In this document: one piece after another, positions 61,851 to 64,000 of the stretch
Layout: each line of letters opens with the position of its first letter
How positions within the stretch are numbered: position 1 is the stretch's first letter
Assembly (NCBI RefSeq): GCF_009914755.1
Contig: NC_060927.1
Length of the DNA stretch: 64,000 nucleotides
Direction: 5' to 3' (one strand)
From: the human T2T-CHM13v2.0 reference genome, Homo sapiens
Program-made: the position numbers and the translations under genes
The notes under the pieces: model-generated
Told to the model about the DNA's origin: nothing
The model's database searches: none
What the model saw: only the letters and a program-made list of their open reading frames with translations

Positions 61851-64000
61851 AGAAAAACTACAATCAAAGAATATTATGAGCACCTCTATGCACGTAAACT
61901 AGCAAATTTAGAAGAAAGTGATAAATTCCTGAATACATACACCCTCCCAAGATTGAAGAAGGAAGAAATTGAATCCCTGAACAGACTAATAGTGAGTTCA
62001 GATATTGAGATAGTAATAAATAGCCTACCAACCAAAAAAAAAAGAGAAAAAAGAAGCCCAGGACCACAAGGATTCATAGCTGAATTCTACCAGAGTACAA
62101 AGAAAAGCTGGTACCATTCCAGCTGAAACTATTCCAAAAAATTGAGGACGATTCCTCCCTAGCCGATTCTATGAAACCAACATCATCCTGATACCAAAAC
62201 CTGGCAGAGATACAAAAACAAGGAAAATATCAGGCCAATATCCTTTATGAACATCAGTGCAAAAATACTTAACAAAATACTGGCAACCCAAATTCAGCAG
62301 TATATCAAAAAAGCTTATCCACCACAATCAAATAGGCTTCATCTCCAGGATGCAAGGTTGGTTCAACACACAAAAATCAATAAATGTGATTCATCATATA
62401 AACAGAACTAACGACAAAACCACATAATTATCTCAATAGATGCAGAAAAGGCCTTCGATAAAATTCAACATTGCTTCATGTTAAAAACTCTCAATAAACT
62501 AGCTATTGAAGCAACATACCTCCAAATAATAAAAGCCACAAATGACTAACTCATAGCCAACAGCATACTAAATGGGAAAAAGCTGGAAGGATTCCCCTTG
62601 AAAACTAGAAGACAAGGATGCCCTCTCTCACCACTCCTATTCAACATTGTTTTGGAGTTTTGGCCAGGGCAATCAGGCAAGAGAAAGAAATAAAGGGCAT
62701 TCAAACGGAAAGAGAGGAAGTCAAATTTATCCCTGTTTTGTAGATGACATAATCCTATATCTAAAAAACCCCACAGTCTCAGCCCCAAAGCTTCTTAAGC
62801 TGACAAGCAACTTCAGCAAAGTCTCAGGATACAAAGTCAATGTGCAAAAATCACCAGCTTTTCTATACACAAACAACAGGCAAGCCGAGAGCCAAATCAG
62901 AAACGAATTCCCATTCACAACTGCCACAAAAAGAATAAAATACCTAGGAATACAACTAACAAGAAAGGTGAAAGATCTCTACAAGGACAACTACAAACCA
63001 CTTCTTAAAGAAATCAGAGACGACACAAACAAATGGAAAAACATTCCATACTCATGGATAGAAAGAATCAATATCATTAAAATGGCCATACTGCCCAAAA
63101 CAATTTATAGATTTAATGCTATTCCCAGAAATCTACCATTGATATTCTTCACAGAGATAGAAAAAAAGAACTATTTTAAAATTCATATGGAACCAAAAAG
63201 GAACCCGAATAGCCAAGGCAATCTTAAGCAAAAAAGAAAAGCACTGGAGACATCACGCTACCTGACTTCAAACTATCCTACAGGGCTACCGTAACCAAAA
63301 CACCATGGTACTGGCACAGGAACGGACACATAGAACAATGGAAGAGAATAGAGAAGCCAGAAATAAGAGCACTTACCTACAGCTATCTGATCTTTGACAA
63401 ACCTGACAAAAACAAGCAATGGGGACATGATTTCATATTTGATAAATGGCATTGGGAGAAGAGGCTAGCCATATGCAGAAGATCGAAACTGGACTCCTTC
63501 CTTATGCCATATACAAAAATTCACTCAATATGGATTAAAGACTTAAATTTAGAACCCCAAACTATAAAAACCCTGGAAGACAACCTAGGCAATATCATTC
63601 ATGATCTAGGCCTGGGCAAAGATTTCATGATGAAGACAACAAAAGTAATTGCAACAAAAGCAAAAATTGACAAATGAGATCTAATTAAACTAAAGAGCTT
63701 CTGCACAGCAAAAGAAACTACCAACAAAGGAAACAGCCTACAGAATGGGAGAAAATTTTTGCAAGCTGCATATCTGACAAAGGTCTAAGATCCAGCATCT
63801 ATAAGGAACTCAAATTTACAAGAAAAAAACTACCCCATCAAAAAGTGGGCAAAAGACAAGAACAGACGCTTTTCAAAAGAAGACATACATACTGCCAGCA
63901 GTCATATGAAAGAAAAGCTCAATGTCACTGATCATTAGAGAAATGCAAATCAAAACCACAATGAGATATTATTTCATATCAGTCAGATGGATGCTATAAA

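Overview
Primate (human/ape-type) AT-rich, gene-poor DNA made mostly of transposable elements. I recognise no cellular protein-coding exon, RNA gene or CRISPR array. The ORFs I can assign come from LINE-1 ORF1/ORF2, Alu, LTR12 or ERVL remnants, and the rest look like chance short ORFs. Main contents: the 5' UTR of a minus-strand L1PA3-type element (1-844); ten Alu pieces; MIR/L2 fossils; MaLR LTRs (THE1, MST, MLT1); two class III ERV (ERVL-like) internal remnants; a solo LTR12 with its NF-Y promoter motifs; hAT and Tigger DNA transposons; a 5 kb L1PB-type element lacking a 3' end; and an L1PA4-like element with a twin-priming 5' inversion nested in an older L1PA. Subfamily names come from recalled consensus features, not a database run. 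The signals least explained by repeat annotation are two near-identical, displaced local copies (618 and 695 bp from their donors) with stuttered junctions, which look like templated-insertion repair scars. Also notable are a strong CTCF motif at 5131, a 275-bp palindromic pure-A/T repeat, and candidate spliced non-coding exons next to the L1 antisense promoter. I cannot support a new biological system from this sequence alone; the findings are testable leads.
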